Shown: one piece after another, positions 26,146-34,637 of the stretch
Position numbering within the stretch: the first letter of the stretch is position 1
Layout: each line of letters begins with the position of its first letter
Source: an archaeon
GTDB lineage: Archaea > Iainarchaeota > Iainarchaeia > Iainarchaeales > JAAZKV01
NCBI GenBank assembly: GCA_041650735.1
Contig: JBAZKP010000003.1
Location: forward strand, 25,823 to 89,822
DNA: 64,000 nt
Direction: 5' to 3'
The notes under the pieces: generated by a model
What the model was told of the DNA's origin: nothing
The model's input: the letters and a program-made list of their open reading frames with translations, nothing else
The model's database searches: none
Made by a program: the position numbers and the translations under genes

Positions 26146-26218
26146 GGTCGGGATCGAGATTTGCACTCGAGTCAGAAGCTCCACAGGCTCCTATGCTAAC
26201 TGCTGCACCACCCCAACC
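26146..26218 (-). tRNA. tRNA-His (anticodon GUG) with genome-encoded G-1 and C73
   Basis: Manual cloverleaf: G-1 + gttgggg/tcccgac, anticodon stem ggagc/gcttc, loop ctGTGga, T stem tcgag/ctcga with the unusual loop tgcaaat, and discriminator C opposite G-1. It lies 26 nt upstream of hisS on the same strand. Confidence 0.8.
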
Positions 26219-26246
26219 AGGTACTAAATTTAGTCCTTCGGCAAGC

Positions 26247-26255
26247 TTAAAAAAA
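26247..26255 (-). promoter_or_regulatory. TATA-like box upstream of tRNA-His
   Basis: The minus strand reads 'aaTTTTTTTAAgc', centred about 33 nt upstream of the tRNA 5' end. Confidence 0.3.
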
Positions 26256-26432
26256 TTGCTTTCTTGCCTAATGCTATCGCTAAAAGATTCAGAACTAAAG
26301 CAGATGAATATACTCACTTTTAGCATTCATAACAAATTACTCTCTCCCTTTGTTTTTAAGCCTAACGTTTGTCCAACAAAAAGAGAACTTTTTTAGAATT
26401 TGCAGGAACAGGAAAATATGCCTTTTGCTTGA

Positions 26433-26440
26433 TTTTAAAA
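26433..26440 (+). promoter_or_regulatory. TATA-like box upstream of tRNA-Arg
   Basis: 'TTTTAAAA', centred about 30 nt upstream of the tRNA 5' end at 26466. Confidence 0.35.
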
Positions 26441-26465
26441 GTGTTTCCAAAAACAAATAGCTTAT

Positions 26466-26610
26466 GCCCTCATAGTATAGTGGATTAGTATACAAGCTTG
26501 CGGGAGCCGTCGCGCCGGTTCGCGGGCGGTGCTGCATTGCAGCATGCTTCGCATTGATGCGACCAAACTGCAATTAGCTTGAGACTAGGGTTCGATTCCC
26601 TGTGAGGGCA
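26466..26610 (+). tRNA. tRNA-Arg (anticodon GCG) interrupted by a 72-nt intron at the canonical 37/38 position
   Basis: Acceptor gccctca/tgagggc, D loop agtggatta, anticodon stem caagc/gcttg, loop ttGCGg|...|a, T arm taggg-ttcgatt-ccctg. The splice sites sit in a bulge-helix-bulge: bulge ggg, 4-bp helix ttgc/gcaa, bulge tta. The mature length is 73 nt. Confidence 0.85.
26504..26575 (+). other. Archaeal BHB-type tRNA intron (72 nt, GC-rich, internally structured)
   Basis: The boundaries are inferred from the bulge-helix-bulge geometry. The intron contains hairpins tgctgc-att-gcagca and atgc-ttc-gcat and is far more GC-rich than the flanking DNA. Confidence 0.75.
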
Positions 26611-26626
26611 TTTTCTTTAAGTTTTT

Positions 26627-27604
26627 TTATCCGCTACGAACGCAACGAACAAACTTACTGGATAATTTATCAGTGTAACTTGTATAATCAACACCCATAT
26701 GTACCCACCATGCCCAGTACTGACCATTTGGAATATTGTTGTTTTCAGTAGACGACCAGTAATAATCGCTCAGATAATTAACCCATTGCGATGCATAATC
26801 TGCTTTAGTTACGCTATTGCGTTGAACAAACATAGTGTATAATTGAAATTGCGCGGGCAAATACCAGTCATCATAACCCCCATAAACTAAATCAGAACAA
26901 GTTTTAGCTGCATAAGTTCCTGCCCCATAATAATTCACTACTGCAATTGTATCTCCAGAACCATTATTGAGATCCTGCGCTGTGACCCCTATAAATCCCC
27001 ACGCAAGTCCCCATTGTAAAGCTGTAGCAGCATTATCCACTGGAGAAATATAAAGTTTTGAACCATTAAACATTATGTATGGAAGTTCTGGTCGAACAAC
27101 AGAACTACCTGATTTGGCTATTGCACTTGAAACACAATTTACGGAAACACTTGTTGTAAATTGTTTTTCCAAACCATATTCTGAAGTAGTATAAATAACT
27201 ATTGGGCAAGTTCTAGTTTTGCCTTCAAAACCAGCACAACTGCAACCCGCACCAAGTCCGTTTAAAAAAAAAGTTTTTGTATTTTCCTGAACCAACGACA
27301 CAGCAGGAAAAGTTTTGTTATTATCACCAATAGCAATCTTTGTAAGAACAAGCGTCGAACCAGAACTATTAGTTAACGTAATCAACCCATTTCCAGTAAC
27401 ATCTACAACAGTTTCAGAAACACTAATCCCTCCTGAAGAAGAACCAATTTTACTAACAGAAGCAGAAACATTGTCGGCTGAACTAGTTTGGTTAACCAGC
27501 AAACCAACAACAACGAGAGAAATAACCACAACTACCGCAATAATAACCAAGTATTCTATTGTGCCTTGCGCCTTGTTAATCATAGATGAAATAACAACTT
27601 TCAA
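26627..27604 (-). CDS. Class III signal peptide pilin-like protein with a C-terminal DUF1566 (Lcl C-terminal-like) domain
   Basis: 'MINKAQGTIEYLVIIAVVVVISLVVV' is followed by the shared pilin-like domain. The C-terminus 'WYLPAQFQL...YWSSTE...AWWVHMG.......K....VRCVR' matches the DUF1566 pattern. The track start is TTG (27604) and an ATG follows at 27583. Confidence 0.85.
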   Translation of the reverse strand: MKVVISSMINKAQGTIEYLVIIAVVVVISLVVVGLLVNQTSSADNVSASVSKIGSSSGGISVSETVVDVTGNGLITLTNSSGSTLVLTKIAIGDNNKTFPAVSLVQENTKTFFLNGLGAGCSCAGFEGKTRTCPIVIYTTSEYGLEKQFTTSVSVNCVSSAIAKSGSSVVRPELPYIMFNGSKLYISPVDNAATALQWGLAWGFIGVTAQDLNNGSGDTIAVVNYYGAGTYAAKTCSDLVYGGYDDWYLPAQFQLYTMFVQRNSVTKADYASQWVNYLSDYYWSSTENNNIPNGQYWAWWVHMGVDYTSYTDKLSSKFVRCVRSG

Positions 27605-27654
27605 CTATAAAAAAACTGCTTTTAACAAAAATGAGTTCTGAATGGCTTCACAAA

Positions 27655-28557
27655 TCATTCGCCAAGTACAATTACTTTATCTTCAAGCACTAGAATACTT
27701 TTTTCTACTTGTGTTACAATAACCCCTTTCGTTTCTTTTAACCCGTGGTAGGTGTGAAGACAGCTTGTTTTCATTAATTCTTTTAACCCTATTGTTGCTT
27801 GGAATTCCTCTATTCCTTTTTCTTGTGCTTTTTCCCTTAACCATCTTTCAGCAAAGGGTAATTCTCCAAAGTCTTTTGCAATATCAAGTAATTTTCTTGC
27901 GTAAGGATTTCTTACCCCAAAGGTTTTTTTCAATGCAAATATTTCAACATTTGAAGATTCTGTGACATTTCCTTTTCCTGTTGAAGCAAAGGGTTCTATT
28001 GCCATTGCTCCTTCTTCTAATTTTTCTCTTGACCCTTCTCTATGGTTTGGAATGCTTGGATGTGCGTGAATATCATTTTTTCCCAGTCCGTGCCCTCCAA
28101 GATTGTATATTGGATTGAATCCTTTTTCTTTCAGTGTTTTCTCAATTTCTGCGCCCATTAGTTCCACTGGTTTTCCATATCCTGCAACACTTATTGCATT
28201 TTCTAATGCCAAAGCATTTGCCTCTATTTGTTTTGCGTGTACATTATCAAGATTAATTGTTATTGCTCCATCACAAATATATCCTTCTACTGCCGCCCCA
28301 ATATCTATTTTCAATACATCGCTTTTTTTTAAAATTGTTTCATCTTTCCATTTTGGGGTAAAATGCGCTGCTTCTTCATTAATACTTAAATTTGTTGGAA
28401 AAGCGACCGTTGCTTCTTCTTTTCTAATAAAATCTTCAATGCTTTCTGCCAGTTCAATTAGTTTTATTTCTTCTTTAGCTTTTTTTTCAGCAAACTTAAT
28501 TGCTTTAGCCCACACCGCACCAGCTTTTTTGTAATTATTGAGTATTTCTGTTTCCAT
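27655..28557 (-). CDS. map: Methionine aminopeptidase, type 2 (archaeal)
   Basis: 'FPTNLSINEEAAHFTP', 'DVLKIDIGAAVEGYICDGAITI', 'GHGLG...IHAHPSIPN' and 'AIEPFAS.GKG' are present, along with the type-2 helical insert. Confidence 0.9.
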   Translation of the reverse strand: METEILNNYKKAGAVWAKAIKFAEKKAKEEIKLIELAESIEDFIRKEEATVAFPTNLSINEEAAHFTPKWKDETILKKSDVLKIDIGAAVEGYICDGAITINLDNVHAKQIEANALALENAISVAGYGKPVELMGAEIEKTLKEKGFNPIYNLGGHGLGKNDIHAHPSIPNHREGSREKLEEGAMAIEPFASTGKGNVTESSNVEIFALKKTFGVRNPYARKLLDIAKDFGELPFAERWLREKAQEKGIEEFQATIGLKELMKTSCLHTYHGLKETKGVIVTQVEKSILVLEDKVIVLGE

Positions 28558-28625
28558 AAATATTTCCTTCAAAGTTAATTATTAAAAAGCCCCTTTATTC
28601 TAAAAATTTTAACCTTTTTCCAAGA

Positions 28626-31190
28626 TTAGTTCCATGCCCCTAACCCTGTTTGTTTTCCGCCGTGCAGTAAATCTTCTTTTGAATAACCTAATTCAGCCAT
28701 TATTTTTATTACTGCCGGGAGCACTTGATTTTCAATGTAATACCCTGCATCATAATTTCCTTCTTCAACGAATTCTTCTAACTCAGCTTTATCTGATATG
28801 CTTGCTTTTTCATTTCCTTTTGTTATTATGAATGAAAGCATGCTTCCCACCCCTAGCTTGTTTCCTCTTTTAATTGCTTTTTCTGCCGCTGCAACATGCG
28901 GACCTATTGCAGTGTAATCTTTTGGATTTCTCTGCAGTAAAGTCATTATGATTAATTCTTTTTTAGGGGCTTTCCCTGCTTTTAATTCTAATAATATATT
29001 TCTCACGTATTTTGCCGCTTCTTCCGGATTTCCTTGGCTCAAAACCAATTCAATTACTTTTTTCTGCGTCTCTTTCGCTATATTGCACCAATCCCTTCTC
29101 ACATACTCAAAGCCCACTATTTTCAAATTTCCTTTTTCATCTATCAGTGCATATTTTTTCTTCGCAGCCCCCCCTTCTTTTTTTGTTACAAATAACCCTC
29201 TTTTATAATGCCCATCAAATTCAAGTTCCATTCCTTCAGGCAGATTAGTATTTACTTTTTCAACAAAGTTTTTTACATCCTGCAGAGTATTTTTTCCCAT
29301 TAACAGGAAATTTGAATCCGTATCAGCATACAAAACTTTAAAATTTGCTTTTTCCGCCTTATCTATTGTGTCATGAATATATCCTCTTGCAAGTGCCGTT
29401 ACTGCCGAAGCACATTCCCTTGAATACCATCTTGCCCTTGCATATCCAAGGTAGCCATAAACCGAGTTCAGCACTATTTTTAACGCCCATTGTTTTGCAA
29501 ACAGAACTTTGTCATCAATTCCTTCTTTTTTCTTTTTCTTGTACTCTGCTTTTAATTTCAATCTTTCCCGTAGCATGCGTTCCAGTATTTCAGGAAATAA
29601 TCCTCTTTCTTTTGTACAAAAATATGTTCCATCAGGAGAAACATTTTTTTTGCATCCCTCATGCCCACAATTTAAAGTTTCAGGGCTTATGTTATGCGAA
29701 ATTATTATGCTTGGGTAAAGGGAGGCAAAATCAAGTACCGCAATATTTTCATGCAACCCTGCTAATGGCTCTTTTACGAATGCCCCTTTTATAGGGTTGG
29801 CTGTTCTTTCCTGTACCTGGTTTTCTTTTGGCTTGTTCGGTGCAATTATTTTTCTTGAATGCGCTTCTTTCATTAACAAATCTTCAACCATTTGTGAGGT
29901 AGAGTTTCTTGTAGTTTCATATAATGTCTGGGAAGTTAGCTTTGATATTTCCACAAACATTGGAAGAAACTCTTTTGCTATCCTAAAAGCCGTTCTTGAA
30001 TCTTTTAAGTTATAATCTACAACTCTTTCCAGTTTTTGCTTATCCTTTCCTTCCCATGCTTCATTTATTTCGTGAGGAAAAACTTTTTCCTTGTATTCCG
30101 AGAAAACTTTTTCTGAAACGCTTTCAATATCCATTTTTACTACATTTATTGCCCCTGTTCTCTGGAGGAGTCTAATTATTTGGAAGGAATCAATATGCTG
30201 TATTCCCTGGAGCTTCATTGCATTGTCCAGTCCGTGGCGCATTGTTTTTGGCTCAAAACCATTTATTTTGAATTCAATCCCGAATTTCTTCGCCCTTTCT
30301 CTAGTATATGCAAAATCAAAGTTATCCCCGTTATAAGTTATAATGAAATTGTTTTCGGGATTGTTAAGCTCTTTTATTAGTTTTTCAATTAATTCTTTTT
30401 CCGATTCAAGTATTTCCAGTTTTTCAACTTTTTTTGTTCCATATGACATTACTCTTTCATAATTCGGTTTTTTTTCTTCCCCAAGTTCATTTGCAACAAC
30501 TGATGCCATTACTATTGGCTCCAGCCCTATTCCAAATTTTTTCCCGGAATATGTTTCAAGGTCAAATGAAAGTCCTCTTCCGCAAAAAGGGCCTTGGGTA
30601 ACTTTTATGTCTTCAACAACTTTTATTCCTCCTTGTATTTCCCCGGAATACACACTTGCTTCTTCCTCTTCTTCGCTTATTTTTATTAAAGTTTTTTCCT
30701 TCTCTATTGAATTAATTTTTTTCTTTTCGGAAAATTTTTCCTCATCAATAACATCATATTTAACCCAGTTTCCCGGCTCAAGCCTCTTATCCAACAAGTA
30801 CCTTTTCGCATATGGCACATCATATTCATACCTTTCAAATCCAAGTTCTGATAAAATTTTTCTTGCCTGTACTACCTGTGCAACCCTGCTGAACTCAAGT
30901 TTTAATGCATTCTTCCCGTTGAACTCCTGCCCGGTATCCTTGACAGATAAAACCGCAAACCTTTCTTCTGAACCAAAAATAAAATCTTTTAATTCTTTGA
31001 TTGTTTTCTCTTTTTCCCCTTTTCCTGAAAGGACATAAAAGTATGGCTTGAAATTCTTGTCCTTAATCCAGAATGTTCCTTTTTTATTTGACATAAAAAG
31101 AGTTATTACAGATTCATTATTTTCATCAAAATAAGTCACATCTAAAAGCAGGGCTTTTTCAGTTATTTTACTTTTTTCTTTCTTTTCCAT
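28626..31190 (-). CDS. polB: Family B DNA polymerase
   Basis: Exo II 'YNGDNFDFAY', motif A 'LDFASLYPSII', motif B 'KIVLNSVYGYLG' and motif C 'YADTDS'. The protein is 854 aa and the motifs are contiguous, so no intein. Confidence 0.95.
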   Translation of the reverse strand: MEKKEKSKITEKALLLDVTYFDENNESVITLFMSNKKGTFWIKDKNFKPYFYVLSGKGEKEKTIKELKDFIFGSEERFAVLSVKDTGQEFNGKNALKLEFSRVAQVVQARKILSELGFERYEYDVPYAKRYLLDKRLEPGNWVKYDVIDEEKFSEKKKINSIEKEKTLIKISEEEEEASVYSGEIQGGIKVVEDIKVTQGPFCGRGLSFDLETYSGKKFGIGLEPIVMASVVANELGEEKKPNYERVMSYGTKKVEKLEILESEKELIEKLIKELNNPENNFIITYNGDNFDFAYTRERAKKFGIEFKINGFEPKTMRHGLDNAMKLQGIQHIDSFQIIRLLQRTGAINVVKMDIESVSEKVFSEYKEKVFPHEINEAWEGKDKQKLERVVDYNLKDSRTAFRIAKEFLPMFVEISKLTSQTLYETTRNSTSQMVEDLLMKEAHSRKIIAPNKPKENQVQERTANPIKGAFVKEPLAGLHENIAVLDFASLYPSIIISHNISPETLNCGHEGCKKNVSPDGTYFCTKERGLFPEILERMLRERLKLKAEYKKKKKEGIDDKVLFAKQWALKIVLNSVYGYLGYARARWYSRECASAVTALARGYIHDTIDKAEKANFKVLYADTDSNFLLMGKNTLQDVKNFVEKVNTNLPEGMELEFDGHYKRGLFVTKKEGGAAKKKYALIDEKGNLKIVGFEYVRRDWCNIAKETQKKVIELVLSQGNPEEAAKYVRNILLELKAGKAPKKELIIMTLLQRNPKDYTAIGPHVAAAEKAIKRGNKLGVGSMLSFIITKGNEKASISDKAELEEFVEEGNYDAGYYIENQVLPAVIKIMAELGYSKEDLLHGGKQTGLGAWN

Positions 31191-31270
31191 ACAATAACTT
31201 TTTAAGTATCAAAACCTATTTAATATGAAGACAGAACACTGGTTTTGTCTTTCAATAAAAAGGTGTTTTT

Positions 31271-31744
31271 GTGCCAAGGCCTGATAGATCTAATCAACAA
31301 CAAGGCTCTTCTTCAAACGTTTCTATGCCGCAGCAAAGCCCTATACAGGGTGTGCCTGTGCAGGGAGGAATAAGAGAGGATATTCGTGCGCTTAACTCAA
31401 GCATTCTGCTTATTACCCAAAAAATAAAGTATCTTGTTAGGAATGAAAAAATTTTGGGCCGTAATCTTGTTGTTTTAAATAAAAAGATTCGTTCTATTGA
31501 GGAAAAATTTGTTAATTCCCCTCAGGTATCCCAATCAGGAGGAGCAAATCTTGAGGAAGTTGAGGCACTGAAACAAAAAGTTGCTTTACTTGAAGCCCAG
31601 CTTGAAGATATGCGTTCCCGTACTGCTTCAAATGAATCATTGAAGGAATTAAAATATGTTATTGATTCGATTAATCCGCTGGAATTTGCTACTCTTTCGC
31701 AAGTAAGGGATTTGATTGACAAGAGAATGAAGGAAAAAAAATAA
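31271..31744 (+). CDS. Hypothetical coiled-coil protein with a Q/S-rich N-terminus
   Basis: 157-aa ORF (GTG start in the track) with a heptad-like central region. No family recognised. Confidence 0.5.
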   Translation: MPRPDRSNQQQGSSSNVSMPQQSPIQGVPVQGGIREDIRALNSSILLITQKIKYLVRNEKILGRNLVVLNKKIRSIEEKFVNSPQVSQSGGANLEEVEALKQKVALLEAQLEDMRSRTASNESLKELKYVIDSINPLEFATLSQVRDLIDKRMKEKK

Positions 31745-31769
31745 GCTTTAATTCTTATTTAGCAGTAAA

Positions 31770-33251
31770 TTATATTTTTGGTGCACCACTAAGGCTTGGC
31801 CTTAGCATTACTCTGTAATTTCTTTTTCCTCTTATTGAAACAGCAACATCTTTCCCTGATACAATATTCATTTTTGCTGTCATTGTATTTACCAATACTT
31901 CAGGAATTTCTTTTTCTGCACCCATTACAATGCCTAATCCCCTGTTCTCGAGGCGCATTATTGTTGTTGAAGCTTTTTCACTGCTCTGCTCAAACAGTAA
32001 TCCTGCTTCAGGCATGAGCATTACACAATTTATTGCTTTTGTTTGTGAAATACTTTTTGTCAGTTGCCTCATTATTGTGTGCATAAATAAAATTTTTTCT
32101 TCATTTGACAATCTTTTTGTATCAAGCACTGTTGCTCTCCCAACTTTTCCAGGAATTTCTTTGATTAATTCTTCAGCAGGTGTCTCTGCTCCAAATAACC
32201 CTTTAAAGGATTTGTCAACTATGCGTAGAATTCTTTCTGCACGCATTTTTTCATAATCACTTAGTTCTTTTGTTTCCATTACTTTTTGTATTAGTTCTTC
32301 AGGTGTTCCTGCCCTTACAGTAAAGCAGAATAAGGAAAGATTTTTTTGGAACTCGGGGTCCTGTAATCCTATTAACTCGAGCGCAAAAAATAAATCTGTG
32401 TCTTTTAATGAAATTTTTATTGATTCTTTTGCAGAAAGTTTCCTGACTGAAAATCCTAATGGTTCAAATTCAACTAATTCATCTTTTAGCAAGGTTGAAT
32501 CGTTTGAAGAAACCCCTAGCCCTGAATAATAATCATTTGAATCAAAAACAATTATTGGAATATTTTCAAGCAAAAAGTTTTCTGCTAGTATATAGATTCC
32601 GTAGTTCAAAGCATTGCCTTGCCCAATAATCTGGGTTCTCAAAAGGTTTTCTGAAGGCTCTTTTATTATTCCCCTTGCTTTGCTCAAACCAAGCTGTATT
32701 AATGGAAAATTTTCTTCCTGTATTGGGGTTTTTTGGCTAATATCAAGTTTTGAAATGCCTGCTGAATTTTGCCCTGAAATAAGTGCTTTCATAGTAAAGG
32801 GGTCTCCAAGTATAGGTGCATATTCTGCTTTTGGCACGGTTGATAATTCCCTTAAATCCACTGAAGATGCTCTTGCAAGATCAATTATCGTTGAAGCATT
32901 TTCCTCTGTTTTTCTTATTATTGAATCAATTTTTCTTGTATAATCTTCTTGTCTGAAATCAACGTAAAATGGGTCAAAGGAGAGGAAAAATATTTTACTT
33001 GTTTTTTCCCCATTAGTTTTTTCTATTCCAAAAGATGGTTTTGGCAGAGTTTGTAGGAATGATTCCATTAATCCTTTTGCATAATAAGCCTTGTACCCTT
33101 CTATTATTGCCCCTAAGTTTCTTCCTTCTTTTTTATCATAAATTATAATTAAAAAAAAGCTTTCAGGGTTTGATACTATCTCAACTTCATGGCCATATGT
33201 TTGTCCTGAAAAAATTGTTTCCCATGGCCCAAAATCAACTTTAAAATCCAT
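31770..33251 (-). CDS. HerA/DUF87-like P-loop ATPase homologue with degenerate Walker A
   Basis: The layout resembles HerA. 'IIGQGNALNYG' sits where G.TGSGKS is expected. It is followed by 'IPIIVFDSNDYY' (compare 'vvifDphgEY'), 'CVMLMPEAGLLF' at the Walker B position, and 'RLENRGLGIVMGAEKEIPEVLVNTMTAKMNIV' (compare 'EGRK.G.gl.l.sQrP..l...vlsq.nt.i'). Confidence 0.45.
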   Translation of the reverse strand: MDFKVDFGPWETIFSGQTYGHEVEIVSNPESFFLIIIYDKKEGRNLGAIIEGYKAYYAKGLMESFLQTLPKPSFGIEKTNGEKTSKIFFLSFDPFYVDFRQEDYTRKIDSIIRKTEENASTIIDLARASSVDLRELSTVPKAEYAPILGDPFTMKALISGQNSAGISKLDISQKTPIQEENFPLIQLGLSKARGIIKEPSENLLRTQIIGQGNALNYGIYILAENFLLENIPIIVFDSNDYYSGLGVSSNDSTLLKDELVEFEPLGFSVRKLSAKESIKISLKDTDLFFALELIGLQDPEFQKNLSLFCFTVRAGTPEELIQKVMETKELSDYEKMRAERILRIVDKSFKGLFGAETPAEELIKEIPGKVGRATVLDTKRLSNEEKILFMHTIMRQLTKSISQTKAINCVMLMPEAGLLFEQSSEKASTTIMRLENRGLGIVMGAEKEIPEVLVNTMTAKMNIVSGKDVAVSIRGKRNYRVMLRPSLSGAPKI

Positions 33252-33380
33252 AAATAGTACCCTTTTCTTCCATTCATAATAAGCATTTTTCCATATTTAT
33301 GCCTTTCTGAAACAATTCTTTACTATTCGACAAAAAGGTTAAATACCTAAAATACCTTAGTTATTGGTTTAAGTTGTTGT

Positions 33381-33887
33381 GTGAGCAGGATGATTAACGA
33401 GCAAGTAATGATGGATACTGTTGCAAGAATGCTTGAAGCGGGTATTGATGAACCGACTATTCTTTCTACCCTTGTTGATGCGGGTTTAGCTCAGGAAGAA
33501 GCTACTCAAATAGTTCAAAGAGTAAAGGTTCCTCAACCACAATCTTCCCAACCACAAGCACAACAATCTTCCCAAGATATTCAGATAATGAAGAACCAGA
33601 TTGAGACTCAGGCTCAAACACAAGAACTTTCTGACACGAGCGTTCACAATAAGCTTGATATGCATGAACAAAAGATTGATGATGTTTCAAAAAAGATTGA
33701 TGAAATGAAACAAGTTGTTTCTACTACTCCTGTTCCTCAAGATTCTGCTCTTTCATTCAGGGTATCTGAATTAGAATCAAAGCTTGAAGAAGTTAGTTCT
33801 ATTTCAAAAGCAAATCTTGATTTGCTTAAAAATATTCTCGAAACTGATAGGAAAATTCTTACTGAGCTCGAAGCAAAGAAAGAATAA
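33381..33887 (+). CDS. Hypothetical Q-rich coiled-coil protein
   Basis: 168-aa ORF (GTG at 33381, ATG at 33390). 'PQPQSSQPQAQQSSQ' is followed by a coiled-coil-like region. Confidence 0.5.
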   Translation: MSRMINEQVMMDTVARMLEAGIDEPTILSTLVDAGLAQEEATQIVQRVKVPQPQSSQPQAQQSSQDIQIMKNQIETQAQTQELSDTSVHNKLDMHEQKIDDVSKKIDEMKQVVSTTPVPQDSALSFRVSELESKLEEVSSISKANLDLLKNILETDRKILTELEAKKE

Positions 33888-33928
33888 TTTTAAACTGATT
33901 TTTTTCAAGATTATACAAAAAAAATTGA

Positions 33929-34273
33929 CTATTTAATTCCTAGAATTTCTTTTAGTTCTGAGAAAAAATTTTTTGCCATTTGGGGTGTCTTATGTATTGC
34001 TCCTTTAGTATTGTATTCTGTATTATCAGGCGGGATTAATCCTTCAGCAAATTGCTTTGAAAAGCCTTTTACATATGAATCATATTTCGCTTCAGGATGG
34101 GTTGTCTCTGCTTTTTTCAAATCTTCCCACGCTTGTTTTGTTTGTTTTTTTGCAGGATTGTAAAGTAGAACAATTATTGCTATTATGAGGAAAACAAATC
34201 CCAGCCATTCAACTTTGAAGTATAGAAATAGTAGTGCAATAATGAGTGCTGTTATGAATGAATAAAAGTTCAT
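33929..34273 (-). CDS. Small membrane protein (2 TM plus soluble tail)
   Basis: 114 aa. It is the last gene of the minus-strand block. Confidence 0.6.
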   Translation of the reverse strand: MNFYSFITALIIALLFLYFKVEWLGFVFLIIAIIVLLYNPAKKQTKQAWEDLKKAETTHPEAKYDSYVKGFSKQFAEGLIPPDNTEYNTKGAIHKTPQMAKNFFSELKEILGIK

Positions 34274-34302
34274 ACAATCCCTTTTTTTTTAATTAATATA
34301 AA

Positions 34303-34620
34303 TTATTCCATTCCGGGCATTCCGCCCCCCATTCCGCCTAGTAATCCTGCGTATGGATCAGCAGGGGCTTCTTCTTTTCCTAAGCCAAGTAGATAAGCTA
34401 TTCCTAGTAAAAGAAATATTGCAAATATCCAGTATTCTTTCATCCCCATTCCGTTTACAACATATAAAACAAAAACCGATAGTATAAGTAAGAGGCTTGC
34501 TTTGATATCTTTTGAAGCGAGTACTAATATTAGGGTTGCGCCAATTACTATCCAGAATTCTCCTAGTTGAACCGCAAATCCCAGTAGAGTTACTGATATT
34601 AGGAATGTTAGTAAATCCAT
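34303..34620 (-). CDS. Small polytopic membrane protein with a Gly/Met-rich tail
   Basis: 105 aa, 3 TM, with the C-terminus 'GLLGGMGGGMPGME'. It is preferred over the overlapping out-of-frame ORF 34358-34678. Confidence 0.6.
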   Translation of the reverse strand: MDLLTFLISVTLLGFAVQLGEFWIVIGATLILVLASKDIKASLLLILSVFVLYVVNGMGMKEYWIFAIFLLLGIAYLLGLGKEEAPADPYAGLLGGMGGGMPGME

Positions 34621-34637
34621 TTGTTACACCAAACTTG

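Noticed and set aside
26279-26324. An 8-bp inverted repeat gctaaaag...cttttagc enclosing 30 nt, and a second hairpin ggcaag...cttgcc (26240-26268), considered as a box C/D or other small RNA between the two divergent tRNAs.
   Set aside because: Neither strand has a convincing C box (RUGAUGA) and D box (CUGA) in the required arrangement. The region is AT-rich promoter space for two tRNA genes.
26120-26573. Track ORFs 26120-26326 (-), 26193-26396 (+) and 26337-26573 (-) in the hisS-pilin spacer.
   Set aside because: They overlap tRNA-His (26146-26218) and the intron-containing tRNA-Arg (26466-26610). The GC-rich tRNA and intron sequence explains the open frames.
26627-27094. Possibility that the DUF1566 C-terminal domain of the 325-aa pilin is the variable region of a diversity-generating retroelement (DGRs are known in DPANN and often target C-type-lectin or DUF1566-like folds).
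   Set aside because: I found no reverse transcriptase ORF in the window. I also saw no second copy (template repeat) of the 3'-terminal ~120 nt of the gene. This cannot be excluded for the rest of the genome, but nothing here supports it.
28626-31190. Checked PolB for inteins or a split gene, which are common in archaeal polB.
   Set aside because: The Exo, A, B and C motifs are contiguous with normal spacing, and the 854-aa length is typical of an uninterrupted enzyme.
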